From Octopus sinensis (lineage: Eukaryota), in NCBI RefSeq assembly GCF_006345805.1, contig NC_042997.1, positions 63,736,001-63,800,000 of the forward strand: a stretch of 64,000 nucleotides of DNA. Direction: 5' to 3'. A program made the position numbers and the translations under genes. Below are positions 1 through 13,870 of this stretch, piece after piece. Positions within the stretch are counted from its first letter, which is position 1, and each line of letters starts with the position of its first letter. The notes below the pieces were generated by a model that saw only the letters and a program-made list of their open reading frames with translations, had not been told where the DNA came from and did no database searches.

Positions 1-531
1 TACTGTATTTTCTTTTTCTTTTTCATTTTGCATGGAGTATGAAGCGATATGAAAGAGATTTGTCTCCTATATCTAGCAAGTCGGGGAACTAACAGGCTCT
101 TGCTGGTGAAGATTTGAGAATAACATATGTCAGTAGAAATTATAGTATTGATCGTGGGGGAATAAACTGCAAATAACATGGTCAGTGTTGATTTCAGAAT
201 GCAAAAAAGTTGTAAACTAAACTCTAACAGATGGCTACGTAGAAATTCTACTTTGTCTGCCAGACGCCCATTTAGAATTATAGTTATTATACCTAAAACT
301 GCTATAATGTATTATGTGTTGATTCAAGTGTAGTTTTGTATTTAAACGATGGCGAAAGTATTTACCTATCTATCTGGTTAGCTGTCACCATATTTTCAGT
401 AAGCCCCATTGCTTCTTTTCATATCTAGTAAACAACAAATAAGCCATAGTATCCCCCTCCATTTCTCTTTCTCTCAGTACCTCATAACACACACATGCGG
501 GCGCGCGCACACACACACACACACACGCGCG

Positions 532-574
<43 letters not shown>

Positions 575-875
575 GAGGAACAAAGATATACAGGTGTACA
601 TCTTTGTTACACGTGTAGATATTTGTTACTAATATATTCTGTTCACCTAACTAGGAATCTGAATTTCGGAAATGCAATAGAATGTACCTTTAGAAAAGTA
701 TTTGTTGGAATTACCAAGAGCGGATATCTTCACTTAGCTGGGTTGCGTTGTCTGCACACACGGCAGGAATATCAGGTACACACACCCTGCACGGAATCTT
801 GATATTCAATATCTAATTAATATTGCTTGTGTGTGCGGATTATACCGAGCTAGCAAGGTACTTCAATTTAAGTAC

Positions 876-982
<107 letters not shown>

Positions 983-2029
983 ATGGTAGAAAAGAATAGA
1001 AAGTCTTTCGTACACTATCACATATTGGAAAAATGCATAGAAATGGCTTTTCTGATAATTTTTCCCTTTTAATAATTAATAATTTAAATGCACATCAGAC
1101 TCGAATTCGGTTTTAGGAAATATACTTAACTAGAGATAACAGAGCCCATGAAAAAGTGCAAAAGATTGCTTGGGGAATCTTCAGACGTCAAATTGTATTT
1201 TGAATTAATTTGTTACTAATGTCACAGTGATGACTAGGATACGACCAGTCATGTGCTTTGGGATGGTAATGGCGAAAACCTAGGATAACTTGACCAAAGT
1301 GATTGCGTTCATATAAAAAAAGGAGTAATCGTTTAATGTGTTGATATGTGGAATAGTAATATGAAATAGGTGGAATGCCGTAGTTTGGTGCGTAAGAATG
1401 CCAATATAGTTGAGTGGTACCCGGGGAGAAAGGAAATGAATGTTTGTGCATATGAAAATTGAATACCAAGTGAATTCGAAACTAAGGGTGTCGCAACTGG
1501 TGACATGAATTACTGGATTGGATAGACACTTTCTGTGAATTGTTGGAGCATTTGATGCATTCGGGAATTAAAACCGGTCTCATTGCTACCGAGGTGGCGA
1601 ATTATGATATAATTGTAGATGAAATGAGCTATGCGTGGGTCTTATTTTGCACATACATAGCTAGAGCAGTATGTTGATTATTTCAAAAGGTATCGGAAAA
1701 TTAGCAAGAGTGATAGAAAAAGGTAAATTTAAAATCCATAGCAGGGTGGAAATACAGATATAATCACATCAACTGACACATAATCCTTCCAGACTGGAAA
1801 AAAAGCTTCGGTTTTAAAGCAATCTAGTTTTGTACGCCTTTTTATTCATCTAACACGTAGTTTTCACAGTAAACGTGACTACACGAGAAATTTCGATTCT
1901 CTTCAAATTTTCTTTATTTTATTTTTCTTAGTGGAGATTCACGATTTGAAATGTTGAATTCTTCTCACATTTTTCATCACACCATAAAATTAATTACTGT
2001 GCATTCCTGCTTTGTTGTCTGATGAAACA

Positions 2030-2720
2030 ATTTGGATAGTATTTTTCTTATTTTCTTATTTTCTGTTACGTCTTGGTCGTTCACTTAGTGTTAGATTGAG
2101 AATATTTTATCTCATTAGTAGAACAGGTGAAATATTGAGAAATATTACATTAATTTTGCATTTAACTTTGTTTGAACATTACCTAAGTCGTGTATAACTT
2201 CCTAAACTTTACTTTCATTTGTGTAAATTGTGCTCTGTCAAATTCTTCTCTCTAGCATTTGTATCGGGTGCCATTCTCTCGTCCTAGCATGATATTAGAT
2301 TTCTTAATTTTCCTTTACGGGGAATTGACTTGGTACATTATTCTAAACCAGATTTCCAAAATATTCCTTTGATATATCCTTATACAGACTACGGTTGTAT
2401 TTCTAGTTTATCACTTGCAATATACAAATTTAGGACATACATATAACTTAGTAGCTTATTTGAATCATATTTGATTTGATATATTAATTCAGACACTTAA
2501 TGGATAGGGGAGAACGAGTCCTCTCAGAATATATTTTTTCTAATGGGAAGATGGTTACACTTCATTTCATTTCTCCTGCAGGTTGTTTTTCTGGGGTTTT
2601 ATTTCTATTCTGTGATACCATTGCAGTTAGGGCTCTGTAGTTTGTAGGGTTCGCTATTTCCTTTGTCTTTAGGATAACGTGTTGTTTTTTTTTTTGTCCT
2701 TTTTGCCGTTTCCTGTTCTG
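2030..2720 (-). pseudogene. Heavily decayed Dong/R4-type non-LTR retrotransposon RT relic
   Basis: Manual minus-strand translation gives ordered motif remnants: KTKEIANPTNYRAL (NYRPI), PEKQ..CRRN (PEEQKGCRR), IF*EDSFSPI (IFQGDSLSPL), LLSYMYVLNLY (LLYMDDLKLY), GLE*CTK..RKGK (FGLEKCAK..GK), QMKVK. Many stops and frameshifts; may extend to ~3400. Confidence 0.6.
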
Positions 2721-4499
2721 GTAGTGTTTTAGTAATCATCTTTATCAGCACCTTGTTTCCTTGTTAAATATTTTAAACTATAGTTTGGAATTGAGGCATT
2801 CAATTGTTTGTTCTCCGTAGTGCCTATTTCAATTTTTGTTTTATTGTACCCTTGCCATAACTGTAGTTTCCTTTTGAACAATTTTGTCGATGCACAATCC
2901 CAGATACATTTGCATCTATTGCTATTGGAGCTACATTGATTTGTATTTCATTTTATCTATTTTTTGATAAATTCTTTTTTGTGTTGGGCCAAACATCTGC
3001 GATCTGGCCCTAGCGAAACATTTATGGTTTAATATGAATCCCTTGATTCAGACATTTTTACTTTTAATATACGTCTTTGTTTACTGTATATTTTCGTAAC
3101 ATTTGCCCCTTTGTCACTCTTATGCAGTTTGTTATTGATACTTTTAAGAATTAATCTACTGCTTTATTATTACCTAGATTAATTTTGTGTTTTGTCTTCC
3201 ATATTGTTCACCCATACATATGGAGGACTATTTTCTTATGTTTGCACTTTCTATTATTCTCGATGTTATTATACAGCTAGAGTTTATTTTTTGTTAATAC
3301 TTCCGTTCTTTCATTGGAAGTTGCATTATGAATAATTATTTCCCTATTTCTGTACTTCGATTGCCATGTTCATGTTTTCCTACACTACAACTTTCTATTC
3401 TGAAATATACCTCATATAGTCAATTCTTCATATTTTTGTGACTTAGCGATATGTAGGCTTTCTACCGTTTGTTCTGCTTTAATTCAGTTTCTTCATTACT
3501 TTGTTGGATTGCGCCGAGTAGGTCAATGTCTTCGGCCGGATATAGAATTGGAGTTCATCGTATCGCTTCAGTTTTATTGTAGATTAGATTCCGAAACCTG
3601 CAATAGAATGAACGAACTGGCTCGAAGTATTCAGTTCACTCTGCTCAGGTGGAGTTATTTTACTAGTCTTGGGGCTGATAAATTAAGTACTATATATCAC
3701 GCTAATATGCTGCATTCGGCCATTGAAATCATGCGTTGCCTTATATCTATGAGATCTATATATGATCCTAGCTCAAAACTTCCTTGGATAACTTTGCATT
3801 TCAACTTTCTATATCGATAAAATAACTACCCAAAATCAACTTGGGGTCACATCGGCGTCAAATAATCGTTCAGCCCTACGCACGCAAGCACAGACACATA
3901 TGCAGATATCCGTACGCCCTTGCATGTGCGAGTGTGTGCGCGCGCGAGCGTTGATGTACTGAATATGCGATAAATTACCATCGAAAAATCAGTTCGAATT
4001 TCTTCTAGATTAATTTCCCATTATGTGTGCTGCCAACGGGGCAGAAAAAATAGTTGATATTGCAGATCATTCATTACAAACATTTCAAATGACCATAATT
4101 AATAATAAAACTGACTACCATCAGCATCATCAGATTGCAGAGTGAAATAACTTTCTTCAATATTTTCCACTTCATATACGTCGCACCTCAGCCTATAACA
4201 GAAAACAAAAAAGAGAAAATAAAAATAAAAATAAAAACTCAATTAAAACTAGATAATACATCAAATAAAATATAACAATGTTGACTGATGCGAAATCAAG
4301 GCGTCGCACATAAGCGCAGACTATTGGAAAAATTTGAATTGAGATGAAACACCAGACAATAAAAAATAGATAATACGTGTTTTAATGGATAAAAATGAAG
4401 TAAAAGCACCTGCAAGTAAAATATACATGGAATATAATACGGTAAATCTATTTAGATATTGTATAAAAATATATTCGATTCAAATTTTTGCACTAAACC

Positions 4500-4680
4500 A
4501 CAAGGTTCAAGTAGGGGAGCTGTTAGATCGAATACATTGACCAGAGCACTCAACTGCTACTTATTTTATCGACACCGAAAGTATAAATCTTAAAGTTGGC
4601 TTCAGAATATAAAGGCGGACGAAATGCCGATAAGTATGTTGCTCGGCGTGCTAACGGTCCTGCCAGCTCGCTGCCTTATT
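4500..4680 (-). mobile_element. tRNA-derived SINE (Meta-domain-like family), decayed
   Basis: Reverse complement starts AAGGCAGCGAGCTGGCAGGACCGTTAGCACGCCGAGC, matching the head of the + strand copies at 5951 and 14179. Confidence 0.7.
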
Positions 4681-5354
4681 GTATAACAATATATAAAAAA
4701 TGTAAGTAAGCATTAGTCAGAAAAATAAGATCAAACGTTGAAGGGAAGGGAAATACTTTGCACCCGAAATATAAGGTACATAGATAACAAATTAATAAAT
4801 ATTTAAAACAAAAACTGATAAAGAGCAAATAAAAAAATAAAGGTAGGAACGAAAGAATTTTGTGTGAAATTCAAACTCCAATGCTCCATTTCCGTTTCAA
4901 CTGTCGCCTTTCATAGTGCAAAGCACGGATTTTGATGGTGTATACACCGGACTATGGCTATCATTATGACTGATATCCAATACCAACCTATGTGTAACGA
5001 AATGTTCGTCAATTCTAGACATGCATTAAAACGCTTATTTCCTAACTACATTTTTTAGGACCGATACCCGTTACCGTCAATGGATATAGAGTAAGAATAT
5101 GAGCTGATAGGTGGTCAATCTGTATATATCATATTATTCAAGTACACTTATGACATCTAACATATATTTTATGATGGAATTCCATTACTGTGGCTATAAA
5201 TTCCATATGCAACATCTAGCATTTCAACCGTATAGATTCATTAAATTGCCTATTACTGTCCATTAAACCCACTCATCTATTTTCTCATATATTTTTCCTC
5301 GTAGTGTTGTATTTCAAGTGTTATAATGATAATAATTATTATTTTAGTATTGCT

Positions 5355-5780
5355 AAAGCGGTGAACAGGTAGGAACGATTGCACGGCGGGCGAAATATTT
5401 ACGGTATTTCGTCCGCCGCTGCGTTCTGAGTTCAAATTCCGCCGAGGTTGACTTTCATCCTTTCGGGGTCGATAAATTAAGTACTAGTTACGCATTGGGG
5501 GTGGATTTAATCGACTTAATCCGTTTGTATGTCCTTGTTTGTCCCCTCTGTGTTTAGCCCCTTGTGGGTAGTAAAGAAATACGTATTTCGTCTGCCTTGA
5601 CGTTCTGAATTCAAATTTCGTCGATGTCGACCTTGCCGTATTAATCTGCCGGAGTCGATGAAATAAATATCAGTTACACAGTAGGGTCGATGAAATATAA
5701 ACCAGTTACGCAGTGGGGTGGATGTAAGCGACTTACCTCTCATACCAAAAATGGCAGGCTTTGTGCCTATAGTATAATTG
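5355..5780 (+). mobile_element. SINE with internally duplicated body (dimer)
   Basis: Head, GAGTTCAAATTCC B-box, TTTCATCCTTTCGGGGTCGATAAATTAAGTAC core; the body restarts at ~5584 (TATTTCGTCTGCC); ends in an (ATT)n tail. Confidence 0.8.
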
Positions 5781-5820
<40 letters not shown>

Positions 5821-5867
5821 TATTATTATTATTATTGTTATTATTATTGTTGTTGTTGTTGTTGTTG

Positions 5868-5922
<55 letters not shown>

Positions 5923-5950
5923 CATTATTAATATTATTATTATTATTATT
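5781..5950 (+). repeat. (ATT)n/(GTT)n microsatellite
   Basis: Directly visible; it is the source of the poly-N/I/L/Y ORFs. Confidence 0.98.
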
Positions 5951-6170
5951 AAGGTGGCGAGCTGGCAGATTCGTCACCACGCTGAATGAAATGCGTAGCA
6001 GTATTTCTCCCAACGCTAAGTTCTGAGTTCAAATTCTACCGGGGTCGACTTTGCTTTTCATCCCTTCGGGGTTGTTAAATTAGGTACAAGTGAAACATTG
6101 GAGTCGGTATAATCGACTTGTACATGCCCCCCAAATTGCAGGCCTTGTACTTACAGCAGAAAGGATAATT
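5951..6170 (+). mobile_element. Full-length tRNA-derived SINE
   Basis: AAGGTGGCGAGCTGGCAGA head (A-box-like), GAGTTCAAATTC B-box, GTCGACTTTGCTTTTCATCCCTTCGGGG core, GGCCTTGT...AGAAAGGAT tail. Confidence 0.85.
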
Positions 6171-6769
6171 AATATAATCATTATCTCTTTCAGTTTTGTT
6201 TCTATTTCTTGACGAGTGTCTTCATGACACCTACGGGAAAGAAACTCACTGGTAGGCCATTAAGATTGGGATATAATAATAATGATAATAATAATAATTG
6301 AAATATTCTGCTCAGTACTACAGATTTGCTTGTCACTTGACTGACCTTAACCAGTTGAGCATGTCCCTTGGTTGCTGACGATATATGCATCTCCGATCCC
6401 GAGCAGAGGTAGTGGGGAAGGATCAAAGCCATGTGTTGATCCTTAAGGGTTTGAATAATTCACCTCTGGAACATGAGTGTTTCGTTCAACGTCCTTAAAC
6501 AACCCATATTAAGGGACCCTTTGAGCAGGATGGGCTACTGCTGACACCACACATTTTGCATTTGTCGCTTATAACTTTTTCAGAAAGTTATAAAGAAAGA
6601 AATTTTGCTAAAAATGTATTTTTCAGAAAGTTATAAAGGAAAAAAGTTTGGGGGACGACCAAATAGTTCTGCCCCATTTATACACGCGCATATATCTACA
6701 AACAAGTCATATACGCACGTGCGTATATTGTATGTATACACAATCTCCATGTGCATTACCAGTAGCGTT

Positions 6770-7500
6770 GTTTATCATACACTTCAGATAGTTGGTCCAT
6801 AATGCTTGCTCTTGAGTTGCGCATATGGGTGCTTCTGTCTATCTTCATGCTACGGCTCCTCATACCTAGCCACCGATCTTCTATACCTGTCTTGGCGTTT
6901 GTATCTCTTATAAAATGTCAGTACCTTTTTCCTTCCATGCTGTTTCATTTTTTGTGTACTTTTCCTCTTTAAATTTTTCTTCATTACACAATCCTCAGTT
7001 TTGATGATGCCGGTCTTCTTTACATGTTTCAACAATGGCTCCACGGCATTTTTTCATACCACCCTAAGCTGTTTTCCTCTCTTTCGATGCAATCCTAGCA
7101 ACTGATCAAACATCTCCCACCCTTTTCTCTGAACAAATACAGCCTATTGGTTTCACTCTTTGAGTGGAAGTCTCCGCCAACATTTTTCTTGCCTAGGCAT
7201 CCATTTTCATTAGTTTTTGTTTTGCCATTTTATAATTCCAGCTGCATATCGAAGTGATATTCCATCCGATCAATTTTGAGCACATCACCAATCTTAGCCT
7301 TCGGAAATATTCCATCTTTAGTTGCCCTTTCATTTCCTTCTCCATTATCACGTTGAACTCTAGTATGCACAGTTATTTGTAGCCTTTCGTTTGAGTTTGT
7401 TTAATCAGTTCGCTATTCAGTAATTCTATCCCTGCAAGGGACTGTACCTTGCCTCTTTTGAGGTAGATTACTCAACACTTCTTGAGTCCGAATTCCACAT
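6770..7500 (-). pseudogene. 5'-truncated Dong/R4-type non-LTR relic (RT C-terminal part)
   Basis: Minus strand reads EFGLKKC*VIYLKRGKV, EPLLKHV (ORF 6850-7044) and TEAPICATQEQALWTNY (ETEALICAAQEQALRTNY motif of R4-clade ORFs). The 5' end abuts a trinucleotide tract. Confidence 0.75.
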
Positions 7501-7574
7501 TCTTGTTGTTGTTGCTGTTTTTCTTCTTCTTCTTCTTCTCCTCATTGTCGTCGTCGTCGTCGTTATTATTATTA

Positions 7575-7659
<85 letters not shown>

Positions 7660-7663
<4 letters not shown>

Positions 7664-7931
7664 CACTATCATTATTGTTAAGGCGGCAAGCTGGCAGAAT
7701 GGTTAGCACGCTGGATGAAATGCCTAGCGGTACTTCGTCTGTCTTTCAGTTCTGAGTTGAAATTCCGACGAGATCGATAAATTAAGTAGCATTTGAACAG
7801 TTGGGTCGAGGTAATTGACTCTCAAAATTCGAACCTTGCACCTATAATACAAAGAATAATAATAATAATAATAATAATGATAATAATAATAATAATAATA
7901 ATAATAATTATTATTATTATTATTATTATTA

Positions 7932-7999
<68 letters not shown>

Positions 8000-8215
8000 C
8001 ACTATCATTATTGTTAAGGCGGCAAGCTGGCAGAATGGTTAGCACGCTGGATGAAATGCCTAGCGGTACTTCGTCTGTCTTTCAGTTCTGAGTTGAAATT
8101 CCGACGAGATCGATAAATTAAGTAGCATTTGAACAGTTGGGTCGAGGTAATTGACTCTCAAAATTCGAACCTTGCACCTATAATACAAAGGATAATAATA
8201 ATAATAATAATAATG

Positions 8216-8247
<32 letters not shown>

Positions 8248-8285
8248 TATTATTATTATTATTATTATTTATTATTATTATTATT
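7660..8285 (+). repeat. 336-bp direct duplication of SINE plus (TAA)n/(TTA)n
   Basis: AGGCGGCAAGCTGGCAGAATGG at 7681 and 8017, with near-identical bodies and the same 5' flank ATCACTATCATTATTGTTA. Confidence 0.9.
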
Positions 8286-9085
8286 AAGGTGGCTAGCTGC
8301 CAGAATCGTTAGTACGCTGGGTGAAATATTCAGCTAGCAGAATCATTAGCATGCCAGGGGAAATGCTTAGCGGTATTTCATATGCCGCTAAGTTCTGAGT
8401 TCAAATTCCACCGAGGTCGACTTTGCCTTTCATCCTTTCAGCGTCGATTAAATAAGTACCAGTTACGCACTAGGATCGATATAATCGATTTGTCTGTCCT
8501 TGTTTGTCCTCTCGGTGTGTAGCCCATTGTGGGTAGTAAAGAAATAGGTATTTCTTTACGTTCTGATTTCAAATTCAACCGAGGGCAACTCAGCATTTCT
8601 TCTTTTCGGGGACAATAAAAGCTGAGCACAGGAGCCGATGTAATCAGCTTATTCTCTCCACTAAAATTACTCGCTTTAAACCAACATTGGAAATCATTAT
8701 TATTATTACTGAAGTAATACGGCAAGTTGGTAGAGTCGTTAGCATTTTTTCTGTCCTTATAATCTATGTTCAAATTCCGCTGAGGGTGACAATATCTTCC
8801 ATCTATTGGAAATCGATTAAGTAAGTACCATCTGAGCGACTAGTCCCGCCCCGTACAATTTCAGGTCTTGTGCCTTTTGTAAAAAGGATTATCATTACTA
8901 TTAGCGACCTATCAAAATCGTTAGTACGCCGGGCAAAACGGTTATCTGCATCTTGCCGAGTTAAAAATTCTTAGTTCAAATTCGAGGAGATTGAATAAAG
9001 TAAGTACCAGTTATGCATTGAAGTTGATGTAATCGTCTAACTTCTTCACTCCAAGCCTTGTGCTTGTAGCAGAAAGAATTATCAT
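8286..9085 (+). mobile_element. Head-to-tail cluster of SINE copies
   Basis: Repeated heads and B-boxes (GTTCAAATTC at ~8399, 8768, 8974) separated by short ATT tails. Confidence 0.75.
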
Positions 9086-9089
9086 TGCT

Positions 9090-9284
9090 AGTATATATGT
9101 ATGTGTATGTGTGTGTGTGTGTGTATGTGTGTGTATGCGTGTGTGTGTGGCTTTGAGTGCGTGTGTGTGATCTGCCTCACGTGAAAGCGATCTTTGAAAA
9201 TGTGGGTGGTCTATTTATGCTTTTATTATGTTTATTTAAATACAATTCTAGACACAAAATTCCTGTGTTATAAATGTATCTGTC

Positions 9285-9379
<95 letters not shown>

Positions 9380-9600
9380 TATATATACATACATACATAC
9401 ATACATATATATATATATGTATATATATATACTATATATACATACATACATACATACATATATATATATATACATATATAAATTTATATATATATACATA
9501 TATATATATATATAACATATATATATATACATATATATGTGTATGTATGTGTGCGTGTGTGTGTGTATAAATATACATATACATACATATAAGTATGTAA
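9090..9600. repeat. Compound (TG)n/(TA)n/(TACA)n microsatellite
   Basis: Directly visible. Confidence 0.97.
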
Positions 9601-10318
9601 ATGGAAAGCTATGCATTATAAAGTGTATGTGTGGGCATATGTAAGTAAGTTCAAATGTGTGCATACTTACGTTTATGTATGTGGTATGTAATAGCGTGTT
9701 TAAGCGCGTTTGTGATTGATTATACCGCACAATAACACACTTGAAATGCTTTCTTCAGTCTGAGGCGCCATCACATGTGGGAGTGATTTATGAATGACAA
9801 CACATTCTCGACTTGTCAACCCCAAAGGAAATGCTCGTGCTAAGTTATAAAACTTTCTTTTTGTTTTTTTGTTTTTATTTTTCCCAATGGGAAGAGTTTA
9901 TCTGTCACTCATCTGCCAACATATGTTTTTCCGTCATTTGTGTTTTTTATAAATATTTATTATTTTCTCATCTAGACACTACATTTGGGACTTATTATAC
10001 GTTTTTATTGTGTTGTCTAATGTGTTTACTATTTTCGAAATATTTTTTATCATATTTTATCATATGTCATGTTCATATTTACTTGTCGTTTTATCCCCTT
10101 AATTGTACTGCAGCAGTGCTAAAGTATGGTCTTGAGGGGTTTTTAGTTGAAGAGATCGACACCTATTATTTATGATTTTTATTTAAATCAGCTATTATCC
10201 CATTGTCCCTATTACTGAATCGCAAAGTCACAGCAGGTAAACAAACCAATACCGGTTCGCAAACACAAATATCCGCACACGCAGACATAGGTGCCTCTCC
10301 CCACCCTCTCTTTATATA

Positions 10319-10394
<76 letters not shown>

Positions 10395-10397
10395 TAT

Positions 10398-10561
10398 ATG
10401 TGACTGTGTGGTAAGAAACATGCTTCCCAACCAGATGGTTTCAGATTCAGTCCCACTGCGTGGTAACTTGGGCAAGTATCTTTTACTAGAACCTTGGGCC
10501 GACCAAATCCTTCTGAATGAATTTGGTAGACGGAAACTGGAAAAAAGCCAGTCATATATAT

Positions 10562-10592
<31 letters not shown>

Positions 10593-10805
10593 GATTTTAT
10601 CCCTGTGTATGTGTTTGTTCCCACCACGTGACAACCGGTGTTGCTCTGTTTATGTCACTGTAGCCCAGCGGTTTTGCAAAGAGACCGATAGAATTAGTAT
10701 TAGGCTTCAAAAGTAGGTCATGGGGTCGAGTTGTTCGAGCAAAAGCTCTAGAAGCAGTGCCCCAGCATGGAAACACACAAATTACTGAAACAACTGAAAG
10801 ATAAT
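10398..10805 (+). mobile_element. tRNA-derived SINE, second family (CORE-like centre, internal TA microsatellite)
   Basis: TGTGTGGTAAGAA head, GATTCAGTCCC B-box-like, CTTGGGCAAGT core, GGTAGACGGAAACTG, internal (TA)n, tail GTGCCCCAGCATGG...CTGAAACAA. Confidence 0.75.
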
Positions 10806-11047
10806 AACTGTGTATAAATATCTAATGATATAATATATATAATTTGTTTTGTATTTACACTCTGGAAAATATTAATATTCCAGGGAATCATATCCTGGTT
10901 TTCCTATCAAAAGTACGTTGTGATTGGTAATCCTAAGCGATCCTTTATGTTTCTTATAACTTGATGTCGGAACCTGCAATGTATCTCAGAGCTAGTACGC
11001 TACCCACCTGGATAATTTATCCCTATATACACATCATCAGCATCATA

Positions 11048-11152
<105 letters not shown>

Positions 11153-11157
11153 GATAT

Positions 11158-11201
<44 letters not shown>

Positions 11202-11379
11202 GGAGAGAGACAGAGAGAGAGAGAAATGGAGGGAGGGAGATTACGACAAGGTTCTGCTTTCAGTACATCTTAATCTTGTCTGTTTAACATTTTTTTGTTA
11301 ATCTCTAATTGTCTGAATCGTCGCGGTTCTTATTATTCCAACAATCTGCTTTCATGTACAATGTCTCAGCTTCCTCCCG

Positions 11380-11805
11380 CCTAAATTTCTACTTCTACTT
11401 ATTAGAGTTATTAGACTGCGGCCAATCTGGGGCACCGTATCGAAATGTTGCTAGTCGAATCGACACAAGTACTTATTTTATTAAAAGAATTTTATGTATT
11501 CAATCGAAATATTTTGCTGAACCGCAAGATAACGGTGGGAGTGGCTAATAAAACATCAGCCTGTTGTCAAGTGGTGTTGGCGGAAGGAACACAATGACAT
11601 ACACACACACACGCACACATACATACACACACAAATACACATATGCGATGGGCTTTTTTCAGTTTCTGTCTACCAAATACACTCATAATGCTTTGCTCGG
11701 TCCGACGCTGTAGTCAGAGGCACATGATCAAAATGATATGCAGTCGGACTGAACTCAAAACCTTGTGGTGTGAAACAAACTTCCTGCTACAGAGCCAAGG
11801 CTGCG
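11380..11805 (-). mobile_element. Decayed copy of the second SINE family
   Basis: Reverse-complement similarity to 10398-10805 (GGGGCACCG, TTTCAGTTTCTGTCTACCAAAT, GGACTGAACTC). Confidence 0.65.
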
Positions 11806-11845
11806 AATATTTTTGTTTATGTTTCTTTCTTTTGGCTGATATATA

Positions 11846-11891
<46 letters not shown>

Positions 11892-11908
11892 TATAGATAT
11901 ATATATAT

Positions 11909-11943
<35 letters not shown>

Positions 11944-12770
11944 TAATAAAAGCGAAATTATCTTTGTCCGCCTGAGGCCCCTGTGTCTCAGCCTAAATTT
12001 TCTCTACATTGACCTTTTATTCCTGAATGGAATTAGGATGATATCGGAATTGAAAATCTGCCCTTCATTTGGCCCTTGAACATCTAGCATTGGGATATGA
12101 TTTAAAAACATTTGGGTTGCTATTTCTACCATGTAAATCTTGGGTGATTCACGCCATCCCGGTTGGCGTTTGTCAGATGACGTCAGAGATTAAGTGGGAG
12201 AATAATGACATTTGCTTCGTTAATTTTACGTCAACTTTGGGACAAATTGGCCAACAGTTGGAATTCAAATTTGTTCTAGAACAATAGAATGATTGCATTA
12301 TTAAATTGATTCTCATTCGTCCTTAATCTCTGATCAAACACTACCGGGGCATATAGTCATTAAAGATGTATTATGGTCATGCTATTTAGCCATTCTCAGC
12401 TTTCGGTCGCAGGATGAAGTGCAGCTTTTAAGCTAGTATATGATAAAATAGAAAGTATAACTTATTTACTAGGTCATAAATAACAGCAATTAACAGGTTT
12501 TATGGGAAAAAGAAGTACGTTACAGTTGTATTTCCAAAATACAATTATCGGTGTCGAGCCGAGATAATAGTTGATGTGAGCACCGAAAATATATGCGGGG
12601 TAACCAAGGTACAAGGACAAGAAAGAAGAAAGAATATAATTTCGAAACATCTATAAAATATGGGAATGCTCATATAAGTATACAATATATATATATATAT
12701 ATAATATATATATATGTATGTATGTATGTATCTATGTATATGTATATATATATATATGTATATGTATGTA

Positions 12771-12835
<65 letters not shown>

Positions 12836-12839
<4 letters not shown>

Positions 12840-13200
12840 AGGCATGGCTGTGTGGAAAGAATTTTGCTCCAAAACCACATGATTCCGGATTCAATGTCAC
12901 TGCGTAATACCTGGGGCAAGTAGTTTCTACTACCAAAGCCTTCTGGGTAGATTTGATTGGCGGAAACTGAAAGAGGCCCATCATCTATCTATCAATATCT
13001 ACAAACATACATGTATACATATGTATGCGTGTATGTGTGTATGTGTGTGTATGTGTGTGTATGCGTGTATGCACACATGCGTGTATGCACACATGCGTGA
13101 GTCTCTGTGTCTGTGTTTGGTAGCCGGTGCTCGTGTGTTTCAATCCCTGTTATCTAGCGGTTCGGTTAAAGAGAACCGATACATTAAGTACAAACCTTAA
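12836..13200 (+). mobile_element. Second-family SINE copy
   Basis: GGCATGGCTGTGTGGAAAGAA head, GGATTCAATGTC, GGGCAAGT, GGCGGAAACTGAAAGA, internal TG repeats. Confidence 0.7.
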
Positions 13201-13551
13201 TGCGTGAGTATACACACATACATTGTACACGACAGGCTGCCACACACATTTCTTTTACTAGATCCTCTAACAAGGTAATTGGTTGCCCCGCGGCTTAGAA
13301 GAAGACAACTTCCAAAGTTTTATTGGGGCTGAACCCGAAATCATGTATGTATGTGTAATTACAGGTGTTTGTGTGTGTGTGTGAGAGAGAGAGGGAGAGA
13401 GTGAGAGTGTGTGTGTATGTGTGTAAATATATGCCTGCATAGATATGTATGTAGTAGTACATGTGTGTTATCACTTGTGGTTGTGTGGCGGTCATAGTGG
13501 TTATAGGTATAGTAGTATATGCGCAAGTGTTTTATCGTGTGTGTGTGTGTT

Positions 13552-13870
13552 GTGCGTGTAAATTATCCGGGACTAACAAGTATAAAAGGCTAGTGAATGC
13601 TACTAGAGTCGTATATATAGACAAGGTGAGAGTGAGTTGAATTGAGAACTTCTCGGTCAAGAGAATTTAAACTAGTTCTCATGTATGTGTGTTTCGTGTG
13701 TGTGTGTTTGTGCGTGTAAATTATCCGGGACTAACAAGTATAAAAGGCTAGTGAATGCTACTAGAGTCGTATATATAGACAAGGTGAGAGTGAGTTGAAT
13801 TGAGAACTTCTCGGTCAAGAGAATTTAAACTAGTTCTCATGTATGTGTGTTTCGTGTGTGTGTGTGTTTG
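13552..13870 (+). repeat. Perfect 158-bp tandem duplication bounded by (TG)n
   Basis: AATTATCCGGGACTAAC at 13561 and 13719; the two units look identical. Confidence 0.92.

Noticed and set aside
5516-6026. Poly-N/I/L/Y ORFs (also 7482-8017 and 57278-57623)
   Set aside because: (ATT)/(TAA) microsatellites plus SINE sequence.
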